NCBI GenBank assembly: GCA_037441845.1
Contig: JBBIRK010000001.1
Location: 63,836-127,835, forward strand
Origin: Candidatus Zixiibacteriota bacterium
GTDB lineage: Bacteria; Zixibacteria; MSB-5A5; UBA10806; 4484-95
DNA length: 64,000 bases
Reading direction: 5' to 3'
The translations under genes were made by a program, and so were the position numbers. The notes beneath the pieces were generated by a model. It was not told the DNA's origin. It ran no database searches and saw only the letters and a program-made list of their open reading frames with translations. Shown here in pieces: positions 9,157-19,362 of the stretch. The first letter of the stretch is position 1, and every line of letters begins with the position of its first letter.

Positions 9157-10459
9157 CCTCTCCCTTCTCCGGGATCACCGCCATCGCCAGATATTCGCGC
9201 TCAGCGGCTATTTTGCCGGCGACCCTCCGCACGTCATCAGCTTTCACTTGACTCAGATTTCGGATATAGTCCTGCAAAAACGCGTAGCCGCAATTGACGA
9301 TCTTCGAGGCCACCAGCATGCCGTAATAATGCAGCCGCTCCTCTTGATATATATTTTCGGTTTTAACCCGGACTACGGCCCGTTTCAATCGGCCCTGATC
9401 GACTCCGAATTGCGCGATATCCGCGAAAACCCGATTCACCAGCGAGACTATTTGATCGACATATTGCGGTCCGGCGGCGACGGCATCGAAATGCAGAAGC
9501 GAGAAATCCTGATCGGTCTCGAGATAAACCGACATTTCGTTGACCAGAGGTTGGGAGCGGTCGGTCAATGCCTTGTAAAGCGGCGATGACTCACCCGAAT
9601 CGAGCAGCCGCGCCATCATGTCATAGGCGTAATAATCGGGATCCCGGAAATGCGGCGCCGGAAAGACCATGTGCACGTGGGTGTTTTTCGTCGGCGCGCG
9701 GCGGATATGAACGGTATCGCCATACGGAGGCCTTACGGGAATAGGCTTATAGAGCGGAACCGGCCCGGCGCTGACCGAACCGTAGTATTTATCTATCAAG
9801 CCGCTGAATTCCTCGATCGAAAAATCGCCGATAAAAAGCCCGATCATGTTATTGGGACGGTAATGGTTACGATAGTAGCGCAGGACCGTGTCCCGCGGAA
9901 TCGTGGCGATCACGTCTATCGGTCCCAGAACCGGCCGAGCGAACGATGTTCCACGGTAGATGAGCGAGTCGAAATACATTTCGGCCCTATAGGCGGGATT
10001 ATCGTAGTCTTTACGGATCTCCTCGATGACTATGTTTCTTTCCTTGGGGAATTCCGTCTCCGGCAAGATCGAGTTGAACAACTGATCGGACTGTAAATCG
10101 AGAGCCGACTCGGCGTGTCGCGATGGAACGACGAACAGATAGGCGGTAAGATCCTTGCGCGTGAATGCGTTTATATAACCGCCTATATCTTTCACCCCCT
10201 CATTGATCGCCAGCCGGTCACGTTTGCCTGTCCCGTTGAAAAGCAAATGCTCCAAGAAATGAGTGAACCCGTTGTTGGTCTCGTCTTCGAATTTGCTTCC
10301 GGCGCGCACATAAACGATTCCCGCTACCAGCGGAGCGGCATGATTTTCTTTAAGTATAACCACCATTCCGTTTTTCAACGTAAATTGGACCGTCCTACCG
10401 GCGAAAGATGCAGAAAACAACAAAATAACCAAAATTGAACTCAGCAATGATCTGATCAT
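9149..10459 (-). CDS. M16 family zinc peptidase, catalytic subunit, secreted
   Basis: GFTHFLEHLLFNGT (HxxEH), NAFTRKD, ERNIVIEE. GGAGGAG RBS before ATG 10459; signal peptide. Confidence 0.92.
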   Translation of the reverse strand: MIRSLLSSILVILLFSASFAGRTVQFTLKNGMVVILKENHAAPLVAGIVYVRAGSKFEDETNNGFTHFLEHLLFNGTGKRDRLAINEGVKDIGGYINAFTRKDLTAYLFVVPSRHAESALDLQSDQLFNSILPETEFPKERNIVIEEIRKDYDNPAYRAEMYFDSLIYRGTSFARPVLGPIDVIATIPRDTVLRYYRNHYRPNNMIGLFIGDFSIEEFSGLIDKYYGSVSAGPVPLYKPIPVRPPYGDTVHIRRAPTKNTHVHMVFPAPHFRDPDYYAYDMMARLLDSGESSPLYKALTDRSQPLVNEMSVYLETDQDFSLLHFDAVAAGPQYVDQIVSLVNRVFADIAQFGVDQGRLKRAVVRVKTENIYQEERLHYYGMLVASKIVNCGYAFLQDYIRNLSQVKADDVRRVAGKIAAEREYLAMAVIPEKGEDD

Positions 10460-10656
10460 TAACTCCTCCCTGGCCGTAAGATCACCGGCAACGATAATCG
10501 CCCCCAAGCTTGCCTGTCAAGCCCTTTATCGGAAAGCAAACTCCCAAGTTATCGACATGGTTTCACCGAACGGATATTCTTAAGTGAATTCACTACGATG
10601 GCTACGATGGTGTAGATTGTGAAGGCACCGATCTGATAGTCGCCTGGGGAAAAGCG

Positions 10657-10938
10657 CTATTGCGGAATCTTTTGATTTTGCAGTTTCTCGAGCTCCCGAT
10701 GGTAAGCGTCGAGGACGGTCTGCTCGATTATCCGGCGCATATCGGCGTTAATTGGATGAGCTATATCCTGAAAGCCACCGCCCGGCCGCTTTTTCGAGGG
10801 CATAGAAATGAAGAGGCCGCGTCCACTATCGATTATTTTAAGACCGCGGACCACGAACGATCGATCGAATGTGATATTGGCAAACCCTTTGAGTTTCGGC
10901 TCATTGCGTATCGACAACTTAACCTCGGTGATTTCCAT
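10657..10938 (-). CDS. spoVG: SpoVG family nucleic-acid-binding regulator
   Basis: MEITEVKL..LKGFANITFD.SFVVRGLKII...GLFISMPS..FQDIAHPIN; GGAGGAG RBS. Confidence 0.95.
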   Translation of the reverse strand: MEITEVKLSIRNEPKLKGFANITFDRSFVVRGLKIIDSGRGLFISMPSKKRPGGGFQDIAHPINADMRRIIEQTVLDAYHRELEKLQNQKIPQ

Positions 10939-11455
10939 GGCTCCTCCAATACTTCATCGCTGGTTGCCTGCTTAAACTGTTCCTCAAACGGCGATAAATC
11001 GACCGGAAGTTGTCAGGCAAGCCCCCTTTGCGCCAGCGAACGAACCAATGATATCGCTATCCGCGCCGGGCCGTTCGATTCGTTCATCGCCATCGTTTTT
11101 CCCATCGGTTTCAGGTCGATATCCAATACGGCCTTTAATTACGCCGAAATCATTATTTGCGTGACAAGACTCCATGAAAATCATTCGAACCATTAAGTTA
11201 GAGTATTGTATCTATTATAAATTAGATGTGGAATAACGGACTTGTCAAGCTATATTTGGCATCAGCCGAATAACTTATCCGAAATGAAGATACTTCCGTC
11301 CAACGGTTTGCGATCTCGGTTCGTGTGAAAATTCTTTACCCTTAGGCGGAACATAGAGTATATTATGACGATATTCGAGATATATGAAAGGCAAAGCGAG
11401 GCTCGGTCTATTATTCGGCCGAGACCGGACTAAGCATCCGATCCAGGGAGAATAA

Positions 11456-12427
11456 ATGAGAGCGCTGATTACCGGCATTACCGGTCAGGACGGGTCCTAC
11501 CTGGCCGATTTCCTGCTTGCAAAAGGATACGAAGTTTGGGGCATGGTCCGCCGTAATTCCACAGAGAATTTCGAACGCATTGAACATATCAGGGACAAGT
11601 TGATTTTACGGCAGGCCGACTTGCTCGATCAACTTTCGCTCATCGAGATCATCGATGAATGTCGGCCCGATGAAATTTATAATTTGGCGGCGCAGTCGTT
11701 CGTGCCTACCAGCTGGGCGCAGCCAATCCTCACCGGCGAATTCGATGCTCTTGGCGTAACCCGGATGCTCGAGGCGATCCGGCATATCGATCCCAAAATC
11801 AAGTTTTATCAGGCATCGTCCTCGGAAATGTTCGGCAAGGTGCGCGAGGTGCCGCAGACGGAGAAGACGCCTTTTTACCCTCGTTCGCCTTATGGCGTGG
11901 CTAAAGTCTATGGGCACTTCATAACGGTGAACTATCGTGAAAGCTACAATATTTTTGCGGTATCCGGGATATTATTCAATCACGAGTCGCCGCGGCGGGG
12001 CCTGGAATTCGTGACCCGAAAAATCACCGACGGCGCCGCCCGGATCAAACTCGGACTGGGGGATAAACTTTATTTGGGCAATCTCGACGCCAAACGGGAC
12101 TGGGGCTATGCGCTCGATTACGTGCGGGCGATGTGGATGATGCTTCAACATGACCGCCCCGACAATTTCGTTATCGCCAGCGGCAAAAATCATTCAGTGC
12201 GCGAATTTTGCGAGATCGCGTTCGGTTGCGTGGATCTCGATTATCGCGACTATGTGGCGACGGACCCGGCGTTCATGCGCCCGGCTGAGGTGGATATTCT
12301 GCTGGGCGATTCGTCGCACGCCCGAAAAACGCTCGGATGGGAACCGGAAGTAAGTTTCGAGCAGATGGTGAAGTTGATGGTGGAGGCGGATCTGGAAAGA
12401 TTAAGGTCGGCCAAACCAAGTCGATAA
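11456..12427 (+). CDS. gmd: GDP-mannose 4,6-dehydratase
   Basis: [66 protein letters not shown]. Confidence 0.97.
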   Translation: MRALITGITGQDGSYLADFLLAKGYEVWGMVRRNSTENFERIEHIRDKLILRQADLLDQLSLIEIIDECRPDEIYNLAAQSFVPTSWAQPILTGEFDALGVTRMLEAIRHIDPKIKFYQASSSEMFGKVREVPQTEKTPFYPRSPYGVAKVYGHFITVNYRESYNIFAVSGILFNHESPRRGLEFVTRKITDGAARIKLGLGDKLYLGNLDAKRDWGYALDYVRAMWMMLQHDRPDNFVIASGKNHSVREFCEIAFGCVDLDYRDYVATDPAFMRPAEVDILLGDSSHARKTLGWEPEVSFEQMVKLMVEADLERLRSAKPSR

Positions 12428-12486
12428 AGTCGGTTGGGATAGCCCAAGGCGGATTTCCCGGCGGTGTATGTCCCGGCAATTAATTA

Positions 12487-12514
12487 TTGACATAAATGGA
12501 TAAAAATCTATATT
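12487..12514 (+). promoter_or_regulatory. Putative sigma70 promoter of secDF
   Basis: TTGACA-16 bp-TATATT. Confidence 0.6.
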
Positions 12515-12603
12515 GAAAAATTATGCGTGGAATGCCGCAGGAAAGAATTCGCCTGCCGAAAACAGATGCTAATCGCCCGGATTCGTCCGATAAGTCGGAG
12601 TAA

Positions 12604-14268
12604 ATGATGAGACGATCACAAAAAATTACGCTTGCCCTGATTGCCGTGTTGATTCTGCTGGCAATTTACGGCCTGTACCCATCGGTTGTTTTTCACTCGA
12701 TGACTTTCGAGGAAAAGGCGGCTCTCGAGAAAGCCGACCCGCAGAAATTCCGCAGCCTTCGCGATAAAGCATTGAGGCTGGGACTCGATTTACGCGGTGG
12801 GATGCATATCGTACTGGAAGTGGAAAAGCCGGAAAGCGGCGGCACCGGCGACGTTCAGGAGCGCGCCCTGGAAATTATAAGAAACCGCATAGATAAAATC
12901 GGGGTCACCGAGCCGTTGATTCAGAAATCGGGGACTAACCGAATCGTGGTTGACCTGCCGGGATTCACGGATATCGAACAGGCAAAAAAATTGATCGGTG
13001 AAACCGCCCAGCTTCAATTCAAGCTGACGTTATCTCCTGAAGAAGCCCAATCGTATCTGTTGAAAATCGATTCGGTGTTGGCCTCGGCCAAAAAAGAATC
13101 GCCCGCGGACACTCAGGCCGTTAAAAAGTCGGGATCGGAAATCGATACAACGACTAAAGCAATAATGGACATGTTCAAACAGGACACTTCGAAACAAGCC
13201 GCTGAGCAGGCAGTCGATGAAGAAACGGAGCATCCATTTACGTCGTTGATCGATGAAAACACCGGCGTGGCATTCGGAATTCCGATGACCGATTACGAGG
13301 AAGCGAGGAGATTGCTCGAAAAGCCTGAAGTAAAGGCGATTTTGCCGCCCGAGGTACAATTGAGCTGGGCCACCCGACCCTATTACCGGGGCGACAGGGC
13401 TTATCAGGCGCTCTATTTTTTGCGCAATCGGGTCGAGATGTCGGGTGAACATCTGGTTGATGCGCAACCGTCATTCGATCAATTCCGTCGCCCGATAGTT
13501 CGATTCGAACTCGATAAAAAAGGAGCATCGAGATTCGGCGCGTTGACCGTTGCAAATATCGGCAAACCGCTGGCGATCGTATTGGATGACCGAGTCGAAT
13601 CAGCTCCGGAAATCAGAAGCCGCATTCGGGAAGCCGGCCAAATCGAACTGGGCGGAAACGCCGGCTGGGATGACGCCAGATTGTTGGCGGTGGTGCTGAA
13701 AGCGGGTGCTTTGCCATCGAAAGTCAAAATAATTCAGAATTCGGTGATCGGCCCGTCTCTGGGTCAGGATTCGATAAACAAAGGCCGAATCGCTTCGATT
13801 GTAGGATTGATGCTGGTGATGGCGTTCATGGTATTCTATTATCGCTTGTCAGGGGCGATCGCCGATGCGGCTCTGATAATAAACCTGATATTAATTCTGG
13901 CATTCATGATTATACCGGGAATCGATGCGACGTTGACGATGCCCGGAATCGCGGGGATAATTTTAACGATGGGAATGGCGGTGGATTCCAACGTGCTGAT
14001 ATTCGAGCGAATCCGGGAAGAACTGCGAACCGGTAAAACGGCGCGCGCCGCGATCGACGCCGGTTATTCGCGTGCTCTATTGACGATTATCGATTCCCAC
14101 GTGACGACGTTGATCACGGCGTTGTTTTTATTCATGTTCGGAACCGGCCCGATCAAGGGTTTCGCGGTGACCCTGTCGGTGGGGATCGCCTTATCGTTAT
14201 TCACCGCTTTTTTCCTGACAAGAATGATTTTCGATATTCGCAAACAATACAAGACTCTCAGCATTTAG
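12604..14268 (+). CDS. secD: Protein translocase subunit SecD
   Basis: LGLDLRGG, RNRIDKIGVTEP, IGPSLGQDS, GMAVDSNVLIFERIREE, GTGPIKGFAVTL. Confidence 0.97.
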   Translation: MMRRSQKITLALIAVLILLAIYGLYPSVVFHSMTFEEKAALEKADPQKFRSLRDKALRLGLDLRGGMHIVLEVEKPESGGTGDVQERALEIIRNRIDKIGVTEPLIQKSGTNRIVVDLPGFTDIEQAKKLIGETAQLQFKLTLSPEEAQSYLLKIDSVLASAKKESPADTQAVKKSGSEIDTTTKAIMDMFKQDTSKQAAEQAVDEETEHPFTSLIDENTGVAFGIPMTDYEEARRLLEKPEVKAILPPEVQLSWATRPYYRGDRAYQALYFLRNRVEMSGEHLVDAQPSFDQFRRPIVRFELDKKGASRFGALTVANIGKPLAIVLDDRVESAPEIRSRIREAGQIELGGNAGWDDARLLAVVLKAGALPSKVKIIQNSVIGPSLGQDSINKGRIASIVGLMLVMAFMVFYYRLSGAIADAALIINLILILAFMIIPGIDATLTMPGIAGIILTMGMAVDSNVLIFERIREELRTGKTARAAIDAGYSRALLTIIDSHVTTLITALFLFMFGTGPIKGFAVTLSVGIALSLFTAFFLTRMIFDIRKQYKTLSI

Positions 14269-14284
14269 GCGGCAGGGCTTCAAT

Positions 14285-15217
14285 ATGATAGAGTTGATCA
14301 AGAATCCGAAACTGAATTTCGTCGGCGTGCGCCGATATGCGTTTATTTTTTCGGGCTTTTTGTTGGCGTTAGGTATCCTCGCTTTCGTCATGATTTTATC
14401 CGGCAAAGCCAATCTCGGAATCGACTTCTCGGGTGGAGCGATGTTGCGCGGCAATTTCGAATCGCCCGTTTCGATTAACGATCTGCGTTCAGCCCTGGCG
14501 GCCGAGGGGCTGACAGATGCCGAAATCCAGGCAATCTCAGGAGAGAATATCCCGCCAAATTCGTTCGTGATCAGGACCAAAGGCGAAGGAATAGCTACAG
14601 CCGATTCATCGCTTGCCGATGCGATCACCGCAAGATTGCAAAAACGTTTCGCCGGAAACCCTTTTCATGTGGACAGCATCGATGATATCGGCGGCGCAGT
14701 GGGACAGACCTTGCAACGCCAGGCGCGATTGGCCGTCTTGCTTTCGATGATCGGAATTCTTATTTACATTTGGATCCGTTTCGATTTCAGATTCGGCGTT
14801 GCGGCCACGGTCGCCACATTTCACGATGTTCTGGCCGTGCTGGGAATATATTACCTGCTTAACAAAGAGATTTCGTTGCTTCTGGTAACCGCGATTCTTA
14901 CCATAGCCGGTTATTCGCTTACCGACACGGTAGTGGTTTTCGACCGCATCAGAGAAAATTTAAAACATTTCCGCAAGCGGGGTGATTTCGCGGGAACGGT
15001 GAATCTGTCGATCAACGAGGTTTTGTCCAGAACCCTGATCGTTTCGGGCACCACCCTTATGGCGATAACCTCGCTTTTGATATTCGGCGGCCCGGTCTTG
15101 CGCGATTTTGCTCTGGCGCTGCTTTTTGGTGTGATAATAGGAACTTATTCATCTTGGTTCGTGGCCAGTCCCATTGTGGTCGAATGGGAAGCAAGAAGGC
15201 CTCGACGTTTCAAGTAA
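14285..15217 (+). CDS. secF: Protein translocase subunit SecF
   Basis: LGIDFSGG, TFHDV, GYSLTDTVVVFDRIRENL, GTYSSWFVASP. Confidence 0.97.
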   Translation: MIELIKNPKLNFVGVRRYAFIFSGFLLALGILAFVMILSGKANLGIDFSGGAMLRGNFESPVSINDLRSALAAEGLTDAEIQAISGENIPPNSFVIRTKGEGIATADSSLADAITARLQKRFAGNPFHVDSIDDIGGAVGQTLQRQARLAVLLSMIGILIYIWIRFDFRFGVAATVATFHDVLAVLGIYYLLNKEISLLLVTAILTIAGYSLTDTVVVFDRIRENLKHFRKRGDFAGTVNLSINEVLSRTLIVSGTTLMAITSLLIFGGPVLRDFALALLFGVIIGTYSSWFVASPIVVEWEARRPRRFK

Positions 15218-15232
15218 TCGCTCTTTATTCCC

Positions 15233-15270
15233 ACCCCGTTTTCCGGAATCACGGGATACGGGGTTTTTTT
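15233..15270 (+). terminator. Rho-independent terminator after secF
   Basis: ACCCCGT-T-TTCCG...CGGGA-T-ACGGGGT followed by a T-run. Confidence 0.8.
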
Positions 15271-15384
15271 GTTTCAAAATTGAACGCCGATAGGCGCCCG
15301 GGGGCGATAATCCCGAAAGAAATCAACTCGGTCGAATTGATGACGATTTTGGATTAAAAGTATCTTAATCCTGGGAGATTGCTT

Positions 15385-15936
15385 ATGAACGAAAACATGA
15401 AAATAATGCTCTCTCCGGCCGGGGCGGGAATCGCTATGATCTGCTTTTTTCTCCCCTGGGTGGAGTTTTCATGCGGCGAACTTCGGCAAAACATGTCGGG
15501 AGCGGAAATCGGCGGTATTTTTTGGGTGGTGTTCGCGGCGGCGGTTTTGATCCTGCTGGCCTATTTTTATTTCCGCAATTCCGATGAGCTGGCCAAAGCT
15601 CGTCCGGTGGTTCTATTGTGTTCACTGACGGCGCTGGCGATTCTGTCATACAAATACTTGGATTTCAAGTCCGGAGCGCAGGATGGAATCGCCGGTTTGA
15701 ATCAGCTTTCACAAATGGCCGGTATGCAGCAATTCGAGAACGGCCAGGAAATGCAGATTCCAGAGGTCGGCATAAAAATAAAAATCGGCGGTTACGGCAC
15801 CATAGTTGGTTTCGTTCTGGCTTTGGTCGGTGGATTCATGCTGGGCGGCGGCGACGATTCGCGGCCCACAAAAAAGGCCATAATTTCATATTATCAAACG
15901 GCCGATACCAGAGAAAAAAGCGGAACCCCCACTTGA
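15385..15936 (+). CDS. Hypothetical membrane protein (about 4 TM helices)
   Basis: GGGAG RBS, hydrophobic helices, FFLPW motif. Confidence 0.75.
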   Translation: MNENMKIMLSPAGAGIAMICFFLPWVEFSCGELRQNMSGAEIGGIFWVVFAAAVLILLAYFYFRNSDELAKARPVVLLCSLTALAILSYKYLDFKSGAQDGIAGLNQLSQMAGMQQFENGQEMQIPEVGIKIKIGGYGTIVGFVLALVGGFMLGGGDDSRPTKKAIISYYQTADTREKSGTPT

Positions 15937-16015
15937 TTTTTCGATGATTTGGATAATATGAACGATCTGTTAAATCGCCACCCGTAAATATATTTCGTCG
16001 GGTCGAATTCACCCT

Positions 16016-16052
16016 AATAAAAAACCGGCCGCACCGGGATATGCAGCCGGTT
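16016..16052 (-). terminator. Rho-independent terminator of the OMP gene
   Basis: Minus strand reads AACCGGCTGCAT-ATCCCG-GTGCGGCCGGTT then TTTTATT. Confidence 0.8.
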
Positions 16053-16080
16053 GATTTATCTTGGGGCTGTCGAGCGCGCT

Positions 16081-16692
16081 TTAGTATCGAGGCGGCGGCG
16101 TAATCCCTTTGGAATTAAAAGAAAATTTCATAGCCACATGGAAGAAGTCGAAGTTGTACTCCACGCCGGAATTGTCATCGGCTTTTCCCATATTATATCT
16201 GAACTCGAGCTCATAGATTATGTTGGCCAACGGGTCGGAGCATATACCGATCCCGCCCTGGACGAACATGCCCCGCTGCATCTTTTCATCGGTTGAGCCG
16301 TTGATCATCCAACTATGCTTATACGGAGTAAATATGCCTCCTCCGCCCAATAGGTAAATCTTTCCGGTGGAAACATCGAACACGTTCAGACGTCCGAGAC
16401 CGCCGATTTGAGTGAAATTGTAACTAATATGGGCTTCGGTCGCGGGTTGATCGGTGGTAAATCGGTTATATCGTATCGAGGGACCGAACGAAAAATGTCT
16501 TACAATAGTGTAACGTAATTCGGCGCCGATACAAACACCGCCTCCGGCGGCGAATGCGGTATCATTCGAAAAATCGCCGAGCGCCGAGGCGAGTCCCAAA
16601 TCGAAACCGAAAACGAATGAACCGGCCTTTTGACAATAGGCCGAACCGGGGATCAATAGGGCCAGTGACAGAATCAGGATACATTTTCTCAT
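16081..16692 (-). CDS. Small outer-membrane beta-barrel protein (OmpA/OmpW-like, about 8 strands)
   Basis: Signal peptide and alternating aromatic/Gly strands (YLLGGGGIF, MFVQGGIGI, YELEFRYN, FHVAMKFSF). Confidence 0.8.
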   Translation of the reverse strand: MRKCILILSLALLIPGSAYCQKAGSFVFGFDLGLASALGDFSNDTAFAAGGGVCIGAELRYTIVRHFSFGPSIRYNRFTTDQPATEAHISYNFTQIGGLGRLNVFDVSTGKIYLLGGGGIFTPYKHSWMINGSTDEKMQRGMFVQGGIGICSDPLANIIYELEFRYNMGKADDNSGVEYNFDFFHVAMKFSFNSKGITPPPRY

Positions 16693-16974
16693 CGCGTCTC
16701 CTTCCGCAAAAAATCAATCTCTCCCCGTTCGGTCTGCAATATATCAATTTATAGAGGGCGCACAAGTGTTTTTTGGCTTATTCAGCTAATCTTTGATCAC
16801 TCGACAGTGGGAGTGATTATCGGGCCGCCGCTTGCACAAGGCTGTTTGGGAAATGGGTGATTTCGACATATTTCACGATCGGAATTTCTTGCTTTATTAG
16901 CCGGCGCCGCAAGTACCTCTGACATCTGGCTTTGTCGATCGACCCGTCATAGTTTTAGCCTGGGTTTGTCCGAA

Positions 16975-17502
16975 TCAAGTGATTTCAAACTCCCACTTGC
17001 ACCAGAACCTGCCGTTATACTCATCAGGCGGGCAGGCTATGCAACGGGTGACGATCCGGGGATCGATAGTGCGGGCGAATTCGGTATATTCGACTAAGCC
17101 GACCTCTTTGCAGGGGAACGGGGTAAGCCCTTTACGGCGCCTGGCCTCTTGCACGCGGCAGGCTTTCATGACGAACACCGCCTTTTTGTCGTCGGCGCTA
17201 ACGATCTCCTGTTCGTTGATGAGCGCGTAAAGCCTCTCCCCCAAGGCGGCGACCAACGCTTTGATTCCTCCACCCGGCTGGATTCCCAGCCTTTCCATGA
17301 TTCTTTTGGCCTCCAGCGGCGAAAATCGGCTCCAGGCGAACTTGTCGATCTCTATTGCGGTCTGTATGCCGAATTTCTGCTCCACTCCCAAGAACCAAAG
17401 GCCGTCGTGGGCCAGCCATAGTTTGGCGAAATCGACCAACTTCGCATTCAGCATCTTGTCGCCCATACCTATAACCTCTCCACCAGCTTGTGCTCGTGTC
17501 AT
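16975..17502 (-). CDS. DUF6125-like Cys-rich protein
   Basis: WLAHDGLWF..VE, CRVQEARRRKG..PFPCKEVG, CIACPPD..WCKWEF. The start overlaps the ALDH stop; the true start may be slightly downstream. Confidence 0.8.
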   Translation of the reverse strand: MTRAQAGGEVIGMGDKMLNAKLVDFAKLWLAHDGLWFLGVEQKFGIQTAIEIDKFAWSRFSPLEAKRIMERLGIQPGGGIKALVAALGERLYALINEQEIVSADDKKAVFVMKACRVQEARRRKGLTPFPCKEVGLVEYTEFARTIDPRIVTRCIACPPDEYNGRFWCKWEFEIT

Positions 17503-18953
17503 AACTTAGTTTTGTCGCCAGGAATTCTACCGGCGTTGTTAAGCACCATTATTTTCAATTCGGTCATTTCCTCGATAGCGTATCTGATTCCTTCGCGGCC
17601 GATCCCGGAGTCTTTGATTCCCCCATAAGGCATGCTGTCCACTCGGAAAGAGGGAACGTCGTTTATTACCACGCCGCCGGTTTCGATAATATCATAAGCA
17701 TAAAATGCATGATCGAGATTGCGGGTGAACACCCCGGCCTGAAGCCCGAATCGGCTGTCGTTGGCGATTGCGCATGCTTCGGTGAAATCGGTGAATGGTT
17801 GCATGGTAGCGGTCGGCCCGAAAACTTCCTCGCAACTCACTTTCATATCGGGGCCGATATTTTCCAGCAAAGTGGCCTCGACACAAGATCCGACCCGCCG
17901 GCCGCCTATCAGCACTCTTGCGCCGCGGTCTGCCGCCTCCTTGATCCAGCTTTCGACACGTATCGCATCGGCCTCGGTAATCAACGGACCCAAAAAAGTA
18001 TCGTTTCGCAACGGATCGCCCATTTTCAGCAGGCTGATTCTCCCGATTAAAAGCGATTTGAGCTTTTCGTAAATATCCGCATGGGCGATTACCCGCTGCA
18101 CGCTGATACAACTTTGGCCGGATTGGTAATAGGCGCCGAACACTATCCTTTCGGCGGCATAATCGAGATCGGCGTCGCGATCGACGATACAGGCGGCATT
18201 CCCCCCCAACTCGAGCGTTACGCTTTTCTTGCCGGCAATCGATTTCAAACGCCAGCCGACCGCAGCCGACCCCGTGAAAGATAGGTGCTTGATTCGATCG
18301 TCGACGACCAGCATTTCCGCCTGGGAGCCCGCACAGGGCAGGATGCTGAAAGAAGTTGGGGGGAGATCGGTCTGGGAGATAATTTCCCCGAGCATAATCG
18401 AGGTAATCGGGGTTGTCGAGGCTGGTTTCAGAACAAACGGACAACCACATGCGATCGCCGGCGCTATTTTATGCGCCGCCAAATTCACCGGAAAATTAAA
18501 TGGCGTTATGAAAGCGCAGGGACCGACTGGAAATCTTTTGCTTATCGCTTGGTAGCCAGCCGATCGCGCCGAAATATCCAGGGGAAGTAACTCCCCGTAT
18601 ATTCTGGTCGATTCCTCAGCGGCGATGCGGAAAGTTTCGGTAGCCCGGGTGATTTCGCCATAGCCGTCTTTAAGCGGTTTTCCCACTTCTATAGCCAGCA
18701 CTTCAGCGAATTCGTCTTTACGTCTATCGATTTGCTCAGCTATGCTATACAGCACCGCTTGTCTGACATACGCGGGCAGTTTCCGGGTGATCGTAAAGGC
18801 CGATTCGGCCGACGAAATCGCTTGATCGAGCAAACGGTCGTCCGCAGCGGCAACGCCGGCGGCTGTTTTGCCGCTGTACTTGTTGCTGACCTCTATCCGG
18901 GTATCTGTCCAGACGGGCTTACCGGCAAGATAACATGGATATTCCGATTTCAT
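17499..18953 (-). CDS. NAD(P)-dependent aldehyde dehydrogenase family protein
   Basis: ITPFNFP, LKPA, FTGS, LELGGNA (catalytic Glu), SGQSCIS (catalytic Cys), EEVFGP, PYGGIKDSGIGREG. AAGGA RBS before 18953. Confidence 0.95.
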   Translation of the reverse strand: MKSEYPCYLAGKPVWTDTRIEVSNKYSGKTAAGVAAADDRLLDQAISSAESAFTITRKLPAYVRQAVLYSIAEQIDRRKDEFAEVLAIEVGKPLKDGYGEITRATETFRIAAEESTRIYGELLPLDISARSAGYQAISKRFPVGPCAFITPFNFPVNLAAHKIAPAIACGCPFVLKPASTTPITSIMLGEIISQTDLPPTSFSILPCAGSQAEMLVVDDRIKHLSFTGSAAVGWRLKSIAGKKSVTLELGGNAACIVDRDADLDYAAERIVFGAYYQSGQSCISVQRVIAHADIYEKLKSLLIGRISLLKMGDPLRNDTFLGPLITEADAIRVESWIKEAADRGARVLIGGRRVGSCVEATLLENIGPDMKVSCEEVFGPTATMQPFTDFTEACAIANDSRFGLQAGVFTRNLDHAFYAYDIIETGGVVINDVPSFRVDSMPYGGIKDSGIGREGIRYAIEEMTELKIMVLNNAGRIPGDKTKL

Positions 18954-19316
18954 AAAGACTTCCTTGAAATTCCGATCATATAAGCCATAATAAGCAGAGG
19001 CATCGAGGTTGTAAACCGAAAAATATAGTCGCATTTTTCTTAATATTATGGTAACAGTATAATAACATTTATGCGGCCGCTGGATGGGCGATATAGTGCC
19101 GCGATATCAGATTCGAATAAAATCGGCGAGAGAATCGATCAGTATGGGCAGCGACAGGTAAACTCGGATTTGTTTAAACTATATTGAAACTCAAATTCGC
19201 AATGAAAAGATGTGCCTGATTGTGAATAAATTATTTTGCTATAATTATATAATATTCTATTATGTTGATATTTAATATAATGTAATCATGGTTCCATATT
19301 ATTATATAAAATAAAT

Positions 19317-19362
19317 ATGAGAAATATTTCACTTGACATGGGGTAATACCGATAGTATTAAT
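19317..19362 (+). promoter_or_regulatory. Putative hydrogenase-operon promoter with an abutting palindromic operator
   Basis: TTGACA at 19333, then TAGTAT/TATTAA. TGAGAAATATTTCACT at 19318-19333 abuts the -35. Confidence 0.55.

Noticed and set aside
10592-10610. CTACGATGG tandem duplicate; possible tRNA after spoVG
   Set aside because: Only two copies; no cloverleaf or T-loop visible.
10984-11193. 69-aa ORF upstream of spoVG
   Set aside because: No RBS or recognisable features; treated as a possible RNA leader instead.
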